DNA of 55,364 nt, taken from assembly GCA_007378955.1 (NCBI GenBank), contig VMGY01000004.1, forward strand, positions 1 through 55,364, read 5' to 3'. The translations under genes and the position numbers were made by a program. Source of the stretch: Parcubacteria group bacterium Athens0714_12 (GTDB taxonomy: Bacteria; Patescibacteriota; Patescibacteriia; UBA2591; VMGY01). Below the pieces are notes generated by a model that did no database searches, was not told the DNA's origin, and saw only the letters and a list, made by a program, of their open reading frames with translations. This document shows positions 35,103 to 44,462 of the stretch, piece by piece (position 1 is the first letter of the stretch; each line of letters begins with the position of its first letter).

Positions 35103-35843
35103 ATGCTGCATCCGATTAAATTGCATTCGCGCAGATTTGAATTAAAATATGTTATCTCGCCTTTTTTGGTTGATAAGATTATCGCTGATTTAATGAAGTA
35201 TATGGATTGGGACCCTTTTATCGCCGGCCAAAAAGACAAATTTTACCCTGTCAGCAGTTTATATTTTGATTCTATCGGCTACGGGTGTTATAATGAAAAA
35301 CTATATGGTCTTAAAGTCCGGAGAAAAGTTCGTTTAAGGAGTTATTCCCGCGATTTTCGGGAGGACGATAAAATATTTTTAGAAATTAAAAGAAAAGACG
35401 ATATCGTAGTTCTGAAAGACAGGGTAATTATTAATAAAGCGGACTGCCGAGATTTTTTGGAGAAAAAAATAAATCCTCTGCCGCTGAAAAATTTTTCTTT
35501 GTCCGAACAAAAGGTTTTAAAAGAAATTTTTTGGTTCAAAGATTATAATTGTCTTTTGCCTCAAACTATGATAATCTATAATAGGCAGGCGTTGGAAGAT
35601 AAATTAAATCAGGGCGTAAGAGTGACTTTTGACAGCCAGATTAAAGCTTATCCGAATAAAACTTCCATTCTTTCCAAGAAAGGAGTGGATATTTTTCCCG
35701 GCAAAATAGTTTTGGAATTAAAATGCAACAACACCATACCTTGGTGGCTGCATAGAATAATCCAAAAATACCAATTAAACAGAACTACTTATTCAAAATA
35801 TTGCTGGGGCTTATATTTTTTAAAAAAACAAAATTATGTTTAA
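35103..35843 (+). CDS. VTC-domain (polyphosphate-polymerase / triphosphate-tunnel-like) protein
   Basis: RRFELKYVIS ... VSSLYFDS ... RRKVRLRSY ... LEIKRK matches the VTC/CYTH-like tunnel pattern. Start chosen at ATG 35103. Confidence 0.6.
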   Translation: MLHPIKLHSRRFELKYVISPFLVDKIIADLMKYMDWDPFIAGQKDKFYPVSSLYFDSIGYGCYNEKLYGLKVRRKVRLRSYSRDFREDDKIFLEIKRKDDIVVLKDRVIINKADCRDFLEKKINPLPLKNFSLSEQKVLKEIFWFKDYNCLLPQTMIIYNRQALEDKLNQGVRVTFDSQIKAYPNKTSILSKKGVDIFPGKIVLELKCNNTIPWWLHRIIQKYQLNRTTYSKYCWGLYFLKKQNYV

Positions 35844-36504
35844 TTCATTTTTTCAAAACACGGAAGTTTTAACCACAATTTTTAACCTTACTTTTTCTTT
35901 CGCTTTGGCTTTTGTTATTGCTTTTACTTATCAAAAAACCCATAAGGGTTTATCTTATTCGCAGGGATTTGTTTTAACCATCATCGTCCTTTGCGTTTTG
36001 GCCGCGGCGATTATGATGATTATCGGCTCCAGCGTGGCGCGCGCTTTCGCCATGTTGGGCGCTTTTACCATTATTCGCTTCAGGACAGCGGTTAAAGACA
36101 CTAAAGACACGGCTTTTATCCTTTTTGGCTTAATTGTGGGCATGGCCGTGGGTATTAATAATTATTCCGTCGCTCTTACAACCACAATTTTTGTTTCCCT
36201 GCTCCTTTATTTTTTAGACAAATTTAATTTTGGTTCTGTCAAAAAATACGATTACATCCTTAGTTTTTCCGTGGACAAGGAAAAAAATCCTAATAACGGC
36301 TACGAGGAAATTTTGAAAGACCATCTGAAAAATTATGATTTATTGAATATCAGCACGCGCGATGACGGAAAAATTATTGATATTAATTTCAGCATCCGTT
36401 TTCTGGCCGGCATTAATCCCAATAAATTGATTGAAATTTTAAGCAATTTGTCCGGAATTGAAAATATTCATTTGATTATGGCCAAAGATGATATTGAGTA
36501 TTAA
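35836..36504 (+). CDS. DUF4956-like membrane protein
   Basis: Four hydrophobic helices and the conserved-looking FTIIRFRTAVKDTKDTAF. 8-nt overlap with the VTC gene. This family commonly accompanies VTC and CotH genes. Confidence 0.5.
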   Translation: MFNSFFQNTEVLTTIFNLTFSFALAFVIAFTYQKTHKGLSYSQGFVLTIIVLCVLAAAIMMIIGSSVARAFAMLGAFTIIRFRTAVKDTKDTAFILFGLIVGMAVGINNYSVALTTTIFVSLLLYFLDKFNFGSVKKYDYILSFSVDKEKNPNNGYEEILKDHLKNYDLLNISTRDDGKIIDINFSIRFLAGINPNKLIEILSNLSGIENIHLIMAKDDIEY

Positions 36505-36534
36505 TAATAATTATTAATTTTTGACCGTATATTT

Positions 36535-36570
36535 ATTCCTTCGTTTTTAATAAGGCGAAGGAATATTATT
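36535..36570 (+). terminator. candidate terminator hairpin
   Basis: TTCCTTCG - 12-nt loop - CGAAGGAA followed by TATTATT. Confidence 0.4.
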
Positions 36571-36604
36571 AATTGATAAAAATTAAAATTTTATTACAAC
36601 CAAA

Positions 36605-37933
36605 ATGAATCAATTAATAGAAAAAATAAAAAGGCTTTGGAAGAAAGCTTTTATCCGCGATGTCGCTGTTTTACAGACCCAGGCAATCGCTTCCACTCTC
36701 TTGTCCATTGTCGCGTCGGTGGTTTTCGCCCGCGTCTTGGGCCCGGAAAAATACGGAGCTTATTCCTTGATTTTCGCTTTTGCCGGCTTGCTGGGAATTT
36801 TTATAAATGTCGGCATCAGCCAAGCGTCTTTGACTTTACTGCCTGAAGCTTATGCCAAAAAAGATAAGGAAGAAATAAAAAACATCTCAACTTATTTTTT
36901 TAAAATCGGTTTTTTAATGGCCGGCACTGTCGGTTTAATCAGCATTATTTTTGCCCCTTTGATTTCTGATTTTTTTTACCATGACAGCCAGATAGGCAGC
37001 TTAGCGCGTTGGATTTTGCTGGCTAATATTATAACGCTCTCTTTTGTTTTTTTATGCACTTGCCTTCAGGCAATCCGTAAAATTAAATATTTGGCCGCGG
37101 TGGAAGTAATCAATAATTCTTCCCAGAAAATTCTGCCGATTATTTTTGTTGTTTTTGGATTTGGCTTGGCGGGCTTGGTTTGGGGTTATTTCTTGAACGC
37201 TTTACTATTTTTAATTTTTTCCGTTTTTGCTTATTCTATTTTAGCTAAGGGAAATAGTTGTCTGGCCGGCTTTAAAGAAATAATAGGCAATTTTGAAAAA
37301 ATAAAGCTGAAAAAATATTTTAATTTCGGCTTTTTAATCGCCGTAGACAAAAATTTAGGCAGTCTTATGAGTTTATTGCCAATTTTTCTTTTGGGTGTTT
37401 TCGCTCCCGCCCAAGAGGTGGGTTTTTTTAAGATAGCTCTGGCCTATATCACAATACCCAATTTTTTATTGGGCCCGATTTCACGAATATTGAATGTTCA
37501 ACTTCCCAAATCAAAAACTTGCGGTTTTGATTTGCTGAAAAAACATTTTTTTCAGACTTCTTTATACGGTGGCTTGATTTCCGCTTTTTTAGTCATTCCT
37601 TTCATCATTTTGGCCCCTTGGCTGATTAAATTATTTTACGGTTCCGCTTACCAAGCAAGCGTTAATTTAGTTTATTATTTGGCAATTTTATCCGTTTGTT
37701 CCGGCTTCGGCATCGGTCTCGGTTCTTTATATATGACTTTAAATAAAATGAAAATATCCATTATTTTGAATATTTGCCAGACAATTTCAATGGCTTTATT
37801 AATATTGTTTTTGGTTAAAATTTACAGCCCGCTAATAACTGTTGTCTGGGTTTTGATTATCAGCGGAATTTTATTTTTGGCGTTAAATTTTTATATATTA
37901 AAAAATATTCTTAAAAAATATGAAAAAGGTTAA
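36605..37933 (+). CDS. Wzx-like oligosaccharide flippase (MOP superfamily)
   Basis: 442 aa with about 12 to 14 predicted TM helices and the typical N-terminal region of polysaccharide biosynthesis proteins (IRDVAVLQTQAIASTLLSIVASVVFARVLGPEKYGAY). Confidence 0.6.
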   Translation: MNQLIEKIKRLWKKAFIRDVAVLQTQAIASTLLSIVASVVFARVLGPEKYGAYSLIFAFAGLLGIFINVGISQASLTLLPEAYAKKDKEEIKNISTYFFKIGFLMAGTVGLISIIFAPLISDFFYHDSQIGSLARWILLANIITLSFVFLCTCLQAIRKIKYLAAVEVINNSSQKILPIIFVVFGFGLAGLVWGYFLNALLFLIFSVFAYSILAKGNSCLAGFKEIIGNFEKIKLKKYFNFGFLIAVDKNLGSLMSLLPIFLLGVFAPAQEVGFFKIALAYITIPNFLLGPISRILNVQLPKSKTCGFDLLKKHFFQTSLYGGLISAFLVIPFIILAPWLIKLFYGSAYQASVNLVYYLAILSVCSGFGIGLGSLYMTLNKMKISIILNICQTISMALLILFLVKIYSPLITVVWVLIISGILFLALNFYILKNILKKYEKG

Positions 37934-39023
37934 AGTCGCCTTTGTTTTATCGGGATTGGGGCATATTCAAAGAGGAACAGAAACATTTTTTACAGAAGTA
38001 ATGAAAAAATTATCCTATAAAGAAGATTTAGAAATTTTTGCTTTTGGTGGAGGAAAAGATTTTAATCTTAAAAATGTTAATTATAGCAGAGTCCCTTGTT
38101 TTAAAAGACAGTTATTTAATCATTTTCCTAAAATTAAACGGCTTCATTTGACTCACGGCCATGATTACGAAGGATTGTTTTTCGCCATTTCTTTAATTCC
38201 AAAATTACTAACAAAAAAATTTGATTTAATATTTTTTAGTTCTTTTCCTTATGAATTATTGACTTATAAGATATATAAGCTTTTTGTAAATAAAAAAGTA
38301 AAAATAGTTTTTTCTTCCGGCGGGGGAAGTTGCTGGTTTTATTCAAGGTTCTTTTTTGCTGATTGCGTGCAAAGCACAGACCCAATGTCCCAAAAGTTTT
38401 TTTCTAAGCGGTTTTATTCAGTTTGCATTCCCGCTGGAACGAATAGTAATATTTTTTATCCGCAGAAAGTTTCCCGAGCCACGCTTGATTTGCCTGACGA
38501 TAAATTTATTATTTTTTCTTCCAGCGCTTTTGAGAAAGTCAAAAGAATAGATTTTTTAATCAAAGCGGCCAGTCAAATAAAAAATGCTTATTTATTATTA
38601 ACTAGTGCCGGTCCGGAAGAGAAGAATATAAAAGAATTGGGGTATAAATTAATGGGAAATAATATTAAATTTTTAGGAATGGTTGACCAGCAAACCTTAG
38701 TCAAATGTTATTCTTTGGCCGATGTTTTTTGTTTGCCTTCTAAAACCGAGCCATTCGGACTTGTTTTAATTGAATCAATGGCTTGCGGAACCCCAGTAGT
38801 GACTAATAACACGGAAATACAAAAATGGATTGTTAATGGCGGCGGTACCTGCGTCGATGTTACTAATATGAATTCGTTAATTGAAGCTTTGGAAAAATAT
38901 AAAGATAAAAAATTAATTTCACAAATAGGAGAAGAAGCAAGAAAAAATGTTTTAAAAAGATTTACTTGGGATATTGCCGCAGAAAAATATTATCAGCTTT
39001 TCAAAGAGTTAGTAAATAAATAA
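37920..39023 (+). CDS. GT4 family glycosyltransferase
   Basis: C-terminal core CLPSKTEPFGLVLIESMACGTPVV (EX7E). Confidence 0.75.
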   Translation: MKKVKVAFVLSGLGHIQRGTETFFTEVMKKLSYKEDLEIFAFGGGKDFNLKNVNYSRVPCFKRQLFNHFPKIKRLHLTHGHDYEGLFFAISLIPKLLTKKFDLIFFSSFPYELLTYKIYKLFVNKKVKIVFSSGGGSCWFYSRFFFADCVQSTDPMSQKFFSKRFYSVCIPAGTNSNIFYPQKVSRATLDLPDDKFIIFSSSAFEKVKRIDFLIKAASQIKNAYLLLTSAGPEEKNIKELGYKLMGNNIKFLGMVDQQTLVKCYSLADVFCLPSKTEPFGLVLIESMACGTPVVTNNTEIQKWIVNGGGTCVDVTNMNSLIEALEKYKDKKLISQIGEEARKNVLKRFTWDIAAEKYYQLFKELVNK

Positions 39024-39038
39024 AATAATTTTAATAAT

Positions 39039-40067
39039 GTGAAGACCAAAATTTTAATTATTAAGCTTGGAGCATTAGGAGATGTTTTAAGAACCACTTG
39101 TATTTTACCGGCCCTAAAAAAGAAGCACAAAAAAAGCTCTATTATTTGGTTAATTAAAAAGGAAGCCATTCCTTTATTAGAAAATAATCCTTTTTTAGAT
39201 AAGATTTATTATTTTGATTTTAATAGAATAAAAAATATCAACAAAGAAAAATTTGATTTAATTGTTAATCTAGACGAAAATATAGAAGCTTGCCGGATAG
39301 CTAACCCAATAAAAACGAAAGTAATTGGAGCTTATTTAGAGGGAAATCAAATAAAATATACAGATGATGCCGAAGAATGGTTTAATATGAGTTTGATTTC
39401 TAAATTTGGCAAAGAAAAAGCCGACCAATTAAAAAAGGAAAATAATAAATCTTATCCTAAAATATTGGTAAATATGTTGGGTTTGGATTTTGACAATAAT
39501 AGAGATAAGCCGCAGTTAATTTTGAGTGAAGAAGAAAAAAAATTTGCTTTTGATTTTTTGAAAAAAAATTATATCTCTAAAGATAAATTGCTTATCGGTT
39601 TAAATACTGACGCTGGAGATAGATGGGAAGCAAAGAAAATGAGCAAAACAAAAACAATTCAATTGGCGGAAGATTTAGCTAAAGAATTTGATACTCAGAT
39701 AATATCATTAAGCGAAAGTTGGAAAAAAAGAAGTCAAGAAATAATTAAAAATTCCAAAATTAAAATTATTGATTCGGGCAATAATGATTTAAGAAAATTT
39801 TCTTCAATAATTAATATTTGCGATTTGATTATTACTTCCGACTCCCTTGTTTTACATTTAGCTGTTGCTTTAAATAAAAAGCATATTAGTTTTTTCGGTC
39901 CTACTTCAGCCGTGGAAATAGAAAATTATGATTTAGGTGAAAAAATTATTTCTTCAGCAAGGTGCGATTTTTGTTATAGGCATAAATGTCAATTTGAAAA
40001 AAGTTGTCTTGAAAAACTTAGCAACAAATTATTTATAGAAGCCGCAAAAAAGATTTTGAAAATATGA
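39039..40067 (+). CDS. GT9 family glycosyltransferase (heptosyltransferase-like)
   Basis: ILIIKLGALGDVLRTTCILPALKKKH is the hallmark GT9 N-terminus. GTG start. Confidence 0.7.
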   Translation: MKTKILIIKLGALGDVLRTTCILPALKKKHKKSSIIWLIKKEAIPLLENNPFLDKIYYFDFNRIKNINKEKFDLIVNLDENIEACRIANPIKTKVIGAYLEGNQIKYTDDAEEWFNMSLISKFGKEKADQLKKENNKSYPKILVNMLGLDFDNNRDKPQLILSEEEKKFAFDFLKKNYISKDKLLIGLNTDAGDRWEAKKMSKTKTIQLAEDLAKEFDTQIISLSESWKKRSQEIIKNSKIKIIDSGNNDLRKFSSIINICDLIITSDSLVLHLAVALNKKHISFFGPTSAVEIENYDLGEKIISSARCDFCYRHKCQFEKSCLEKLSNKLFIEAAKKILKI

Positions 40068-41341
40068 AATTTTTATTTATTACTAAGCCGATGAAGTATG
40101 AATTTTTGGGATTGATGTATCTATCCCAAATTTTAAAAGACAATGGAGTAATAGTAAGACTGCATACTATCGGCCATGATTTAAAACAGGTACTTGAATG
40201 GCAGCCTGATTTTATTGGTTGCGGCGTAATGACCGGTTCTCAAAATGATTATCTTAATTATTTTAGAATGCTCAAAGAGAAAATGAATTTTATTTCTGTG
40301 TTTGGCGGTCCTCATCCCACTTATTTTCCAAAAATTATAGAAGAAAATTGTGTTGACTATGTTTGTCGAGGAGAAGGCGAGAGAGCTATTTTGAAAATTT
40401 TACAAAAACCAAAGGAGAAAATTATTTTAGAACCATTGATTGAAGACCTTGATAAAATTCCTTTTCCCGATAGAGAACTTTTATATCAAGATAAAAAACA
40501 TCGCAATAATCCAATTAAGCATTTTATTGCCAGCCGAGGATGCCCCTATAACTGCCCCTATTGTTACAACAACACCAATATGAAATTATATCAAGGGCAA
40601 AAATGGACTCGTTTCAGGTCTTCTGAAAATGTTATTCGCGAGGTTAAAGAAGTAATTAATAAATACCCGACAAAATTTGTATATTTTCAAGATGATACTT
40701 TTATTATGAATAAAGAGTGGATTCTTAAATTTTGCAAATTATATCAAAAAGAAGTGAAAATGCCCTTTCATTGTATCGTCAGATTAGATTTATTAGATGA
40801 AGAACTTGCTTTAAATCTTAGTCAGGCGGGTTGTATTTGCGTTCGTTGCGCCGTGGAAAGTGGCAATGATTATATCCGACAAAATATTTTAAAAAGAGGG
40901 ATGACGAAAGAACAGATAAAAAAGGGGACGGAGCTTTTGCGCAAATATGGTATTGCTTTTGTTCTCCAAAATATTTTAGGATTGCCTCAAGGGGGATTAA
41001 AAGAAGATTTAGAAACTTTAGATTTAAATATTGCTTGTAAACCTACCTTGGGTTGGTCTAGTATTTTTCAGCCTTACCCAGGTACAGAATTAGGCGATAT
41101 GTTCCCGGAAGTTTCCATTGACGATATTAACGATAATTTTTATGATGATTCCATTTTAAATATTTCAGAAAAAGAACAAAGGCTACGTTTGCAAAAATTA
41201 TTTGGTTTAATTTGTCATTTTCCTATTTTGCGCGTATTTTTGCCAATATTGCTTAATTTAAAGTTTGATAAATTATATAAAAAATTATGGAGATGGAATA
41301 ATAAGAGGGCGGATAAAATATTATATAAAGGAACATTATAA
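40064..41341 (+). CDS. class B radical SAM enzyme #5
   Basis: VFGGPHPTYF ... CRGEGERAILKIL, SRGCPYNCPYC. ATGA overlap with the GT9 gene. Confidence 0.75.
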   Translation: MKFLFITKPMKYEFLGLMYLSQILKDNGVIVRLHTIGHDLKQVLEWQPDFIGCGVMTGSQNDYLNYFRMLKEKMNFISVFGGPHPTYFPKIIEENCVDYVCRGEGERAILKILQKPKEKIILEPLIEDLDKIPFPDRELLYQDKKHRNNPIKHFIASRGCPYNCPYCYNNTNMKLYQGQKWTRFRSSENVIREVKEVINKYPTKFVYFQDDTFIMNKEWILKFCKLYQKEVKMPFHCIVRLDLLDEELALNLSQAGCICVRCAVESGNDYIRQNILKRGMTKEQIKKGTELLRKYGIAFVLQNILGLPQGGLKEDLETLDLNIACKPTLGWSSIFQPYPGTELGDMFPEVSIDDINDNFYDDSILNISEKEQRLRLQKLFGLICHFPILRVFLPILLNLKFDKLYKKLWRWNNKRADKILYKGTL

Positions 41342-41347
41342 ATCAAA

Positions 41348-42811
41348 ATGAATAATAAAATGTTAGACAATTATGGCATGATGTTCGGCGATTTATCTGC
41401 GGTAAGCCAGAGAGAATTTTATATTAAAAGCGACAAGGTATATGTAAATGAGAAAATAATAAACCAACAGATAAGATTAGCCAGGAAACAAAAAAGTTGG
41501 GTGCTTTTATTTGTCATAGGCACCAAGCCATGCTTTTATAAATTTTACGGCTCAATCATGGAAGCCAAGAAACAGAACTTGCCTTATATAATTATTGATT
41601 CAAATCAGCATTATGACAAAGAGCTTACTTTCGGTAAAGAGGAATTCGGCTATAAAAATGAAGTTGGCATACATTTATCCATCAAAGGCGACTTAGTCCA
41701 AAAGGCGGCAGAACTTTTATTAAAGTTTAAATGGATTTCAGATTTTTTAAATAAAAAAGATTCCAAAATAAACTATGTGCCGGTTGTTTTAGGGGATACG
41801 ATTATGACCAGTATTGTGCCCATGGCTTGGATGTTTTCTCGCAATCAAAAAGTTATTCAAAATGAAGCAGGCTTGCGGTCAATGTACCCCTTGGTTCTAA
41901 AGGAATACAATAAAATTTCAATCCCCGAATTTATTAATAAGCAATTTTATGGCAAGTGGGAATTATGCACCAATGAACCATTTCCGGAACAATGGGATAC
42001 TTTTGTTTCAGCGGCTGGCTCACAATATCTTTTTGTTCCTACTAAAATTAATAAAGAACATCTGATTAGAGAAGGTTATAATCCCGATCGTATTTTTATT
42101 ACCGGCGGGGTGGTAATCGATGCTTTAAATAAAAAATTAGCCGAAAAACCGTCACGAAGCATTTTTGATGTTTATCCCCAATTAAAATTCGGCCAGTGGA
42201 TTCGCGCTGATATTCACCGCCGAGGCAATTTAACTGAAAGAAGATTTTTGAATATTATTAATTGCCTTGAATTGTTAATAAAAAATGGTTATAATATAAA
42301 CTTTATAGAAATGAACGCGACAAAATTTGCCATTAATAAATATGGCCTGAGAAACAGATTGATAAAATTGGCCAGGGAGAATAAAAATAATTTTTTATTT
42401 ACGCCGATTTGGAGGGAATACGCCCAAGCGATAGAATTTTATAAATCCTCGCATTGTCTGGCGGCCTTAACCGACAGTGGTGGCATTCAGGAAGAAATGA
42501 ATTTATTGAATAAAATTTGTTTGACTTGTAGATTTAGCACTGAAAGGCCGGAAACAGTCAATGACGCTCATTCAAACATTATAGTTCCGCCGGTTGACGG
42601 CGAATTTATGTTTAGATTAGTTGATTATATACTTAATAATCAAAAACTTAAGGAAAAAATGCAAAATAGCAAAAAAGTATACGGGAAAAATGTAGCTAAA
42701 AAATTTATTAATATTATTAGCGAATTATCAAAAAATAAAAATAGTTTATTTAACTGGACTCATGAAGAAATAGGATTATGGAGAGAGAAAGACAAGGGGG
42801 TGTTTCTTTAA
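41348..42811 (+). CDS. UDP-N-acetylglucosamine 2-epimerase family protein with N-terminal extension
   Basis: ALTDSGGIQEEMNLL matches the DSGG(I/V)QEE signature of WecB/MnaA-type epimerases. Confidence 0.55.
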   Translation: MNNKMLDNYGMMFGDLSAVSQREFYIKSDKVYVNEKIINQQIRLARKQKSWVLLFVIGTKPCFYKFYGSIMEAKKQNLPYIIIDSNQHYDKELTFGKEEFGYKNEVGIHLSIKGDLVQKAAELLLKFKWISDFLNKKDSKINYVPVVLGDTIMTSIVPMAWMFSRNQKVIQNEAGLRSMYPLVLKEYNKISIPEFINKQFYGKWELCTNEPFPEQWDTFVSAAGSQYLFVPTKINKEHLIREGYNPDRIFITGGVVIDALNKKLAEKPSRSIFDVYPQLKFGQWIRADIHRRGNLTERRFLNIINCLELLIKNGYNINFIEMNATKFAINKYGLRNRLIKLARENKNNFLFTPIWREYAQAIEFYKSSHCLAALTDSGGIQEEMNLLNKICLTCRFSTERPETVNDAHSNIIVPPVDGEFMFRLVDYILNNQKLKEKMQNSKKVYGKNVAKKFINIISELSKNKNSLFNWTHEEIGLWREKDKGVFL

Positions 42812-42827
42812 TTTTAAAATTAGGATT

Positions 42828-43650
42828 ATGGATATATTTGACAAAAAAAGATTATTAGAAAAAATAAAGGAAAAATTAAAATTAATCTTGCCTGCTTTTG
42901 TCTTTGATATTATTCTTATGCTTTTCCGAAAAATTAAATTGGGATTAAGGCGGATTACGCCAGAATTTATTTTTCGGATAATCGGCAAAATTAAAAGAAG
43001 AATAATCTGCGAATTTATCACTTTTAGATATAAAAATTATTCAGAGGATAAAACAACAGAATTATATAGAAAAAATTATCATGCCGTTTATGGACATCTA
43101 ATTGATAATCCAGAAGAAGTTGAACTTAAGAAATGGCAGGCTATTGCCATACAGAGAGCGATTCCAGAATTAAAAAAAATTTTTAGTGGCTGGTTGTTCA
43201 GGAGGAGAATTGATTCGAGCGTTAAGAAATATAGGAATTGAAGCGTATGGCTTTGATATCTCGCCAGATTTAGATGAAATAATCGCGGATGATGTTCGCC
43301 CATATATTAAAAAAGGCAGTATTTTAAACATTCCTTTTTCGTCAAGCGATAATTTTGACGCATTTATCGCCGTGGATGTGTTTGAACACATCCCAATGGG
43401 TCAGATAAAAAGGATGGTGGAAGAAATTGCCGGAATTAACGCAAAATATATGATCGCCGTAATAAACCATTTTGATTTTCAATTTGCTGGCCATATAACA
43501 ATGAAACCCTTGCCTTGGTGGCAGAAGAAATTCAGCGATTATTACAAAATAGATAAAAATATAGATTTTTTTAAAAAAAACATTCCGCCTCTTTATTCGC
43601 TTGATAATAACCCGGAGCATAAATTTACTTTTTGGAAAAAATTGAAATGA
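42828..43650 (+). pseudogene. SAM-dependent methyltransferase split by a frameshift at an A8 tract (inactive, phase-variable, or an assembly error)
   Basis: ORFs 42828-43241 and 43186-43650 overlap. Removing one A from A8 (43172-43179) gives the continuous sequence ...AIPELKKFLVAGCSGGELIRALRNIGIEAYGFDISPD..., a textbook motif I plus acidic loop. Confidence 0.65.
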
Positions 43651-44462
43651 CAAAAATAAATAAAGAAAAACTTTTTGAATTTTATAATCAAAACGAAAAT
43701 TATTTTAAGTTAGCCGAACAGGGCAATGTTGAGGGCGCGATTTTTCCCATTCATAAAGAAATTTTGGATAAATGCAAAAAAAGAAAAGGGCTGATTGTTG
43801 ACTTAGGGTGTGGAACGGGTTTAAATGTTTTGGCTATGGCCGGGCAAAATAATTTTTGTTTGGGCTTGGATATTTCCCAATTAGCCGTTAACCAGGCTTT
43901 AAAAAAAGCAGAAGGCAAAAAAAATATAAATTTTAAACAAGCTAATTTAGAACAGTTGCCCATGAAAGACAATTCCGCGGAAGTTATCACTTCTTTTTTT
44001 GTTTTTGAACATTTATTGAATTTGGAAAAAGTTTTACAAGAAATAGACAGAGTTTTGAAGCCAGGCGGGGAAATATTTTTGCTTTGCCCGAATTTTGCCA
44101 GCCCGTTCCGTTCAGCCCCGCCATTGGGCGGCGTTAGAAAAATAAAAATGCTCAGAAAGGCGTTATTTTTAATTTGGAGAATGATGGAAGTTTATATTTT
44201 CAGAAAGAAAAATTTTTATTTAAAAAAAATTGATTTATCTCTTTTACGTTTAGATAGCCGAAAATCGGACAGCGACGCGGTTAATGAGCCATGGTCGTTT
44301 GAATTGCGGAATTATTTTAAAAGAAAAGGATATTTTATTGAAGTTAAAACCTGGGTTTCTGATATTAAAACCAAGATAGAGCAGCTCTTTTCTCATTTTT
44401 ATTTTATGCCTATAATAAAACATTGGGGGCCTATTTGTTATTTATATGCCAGAAAAAAATAA
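43632..44462 (+). CDS. class I SAM-dependent methyltransferase
   Basis: IVDLGCGTGLNVL, GLDIS, VFEHLLN, LKPGGEIF. Confidence 0.8.
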   Translation: MEKIEMTKINKEKLFEFYNQNENYFKLAEQGNVEGAIFPIHKEILDKCKKRKGLIVDLGCGTGLNVLAMAGQNNFCLGLDISQLAVNQALKKAEGKKNINFKQANLEQLPMKDNSAEVITSFFVFEHLLNLEKVLQEIDRVLKPGGEIFLLCPNFASPFRSAPPLGGVRKIKMLRKALFLIWRMMEVYIFRKKNFYLKKIDLSLLRLDSRKSDSDAVNEPWSFELRNYFKRKGYFIEVKTWVSDIKTKIEQLFSHFYFMPIIKHWGPICYLYARKK

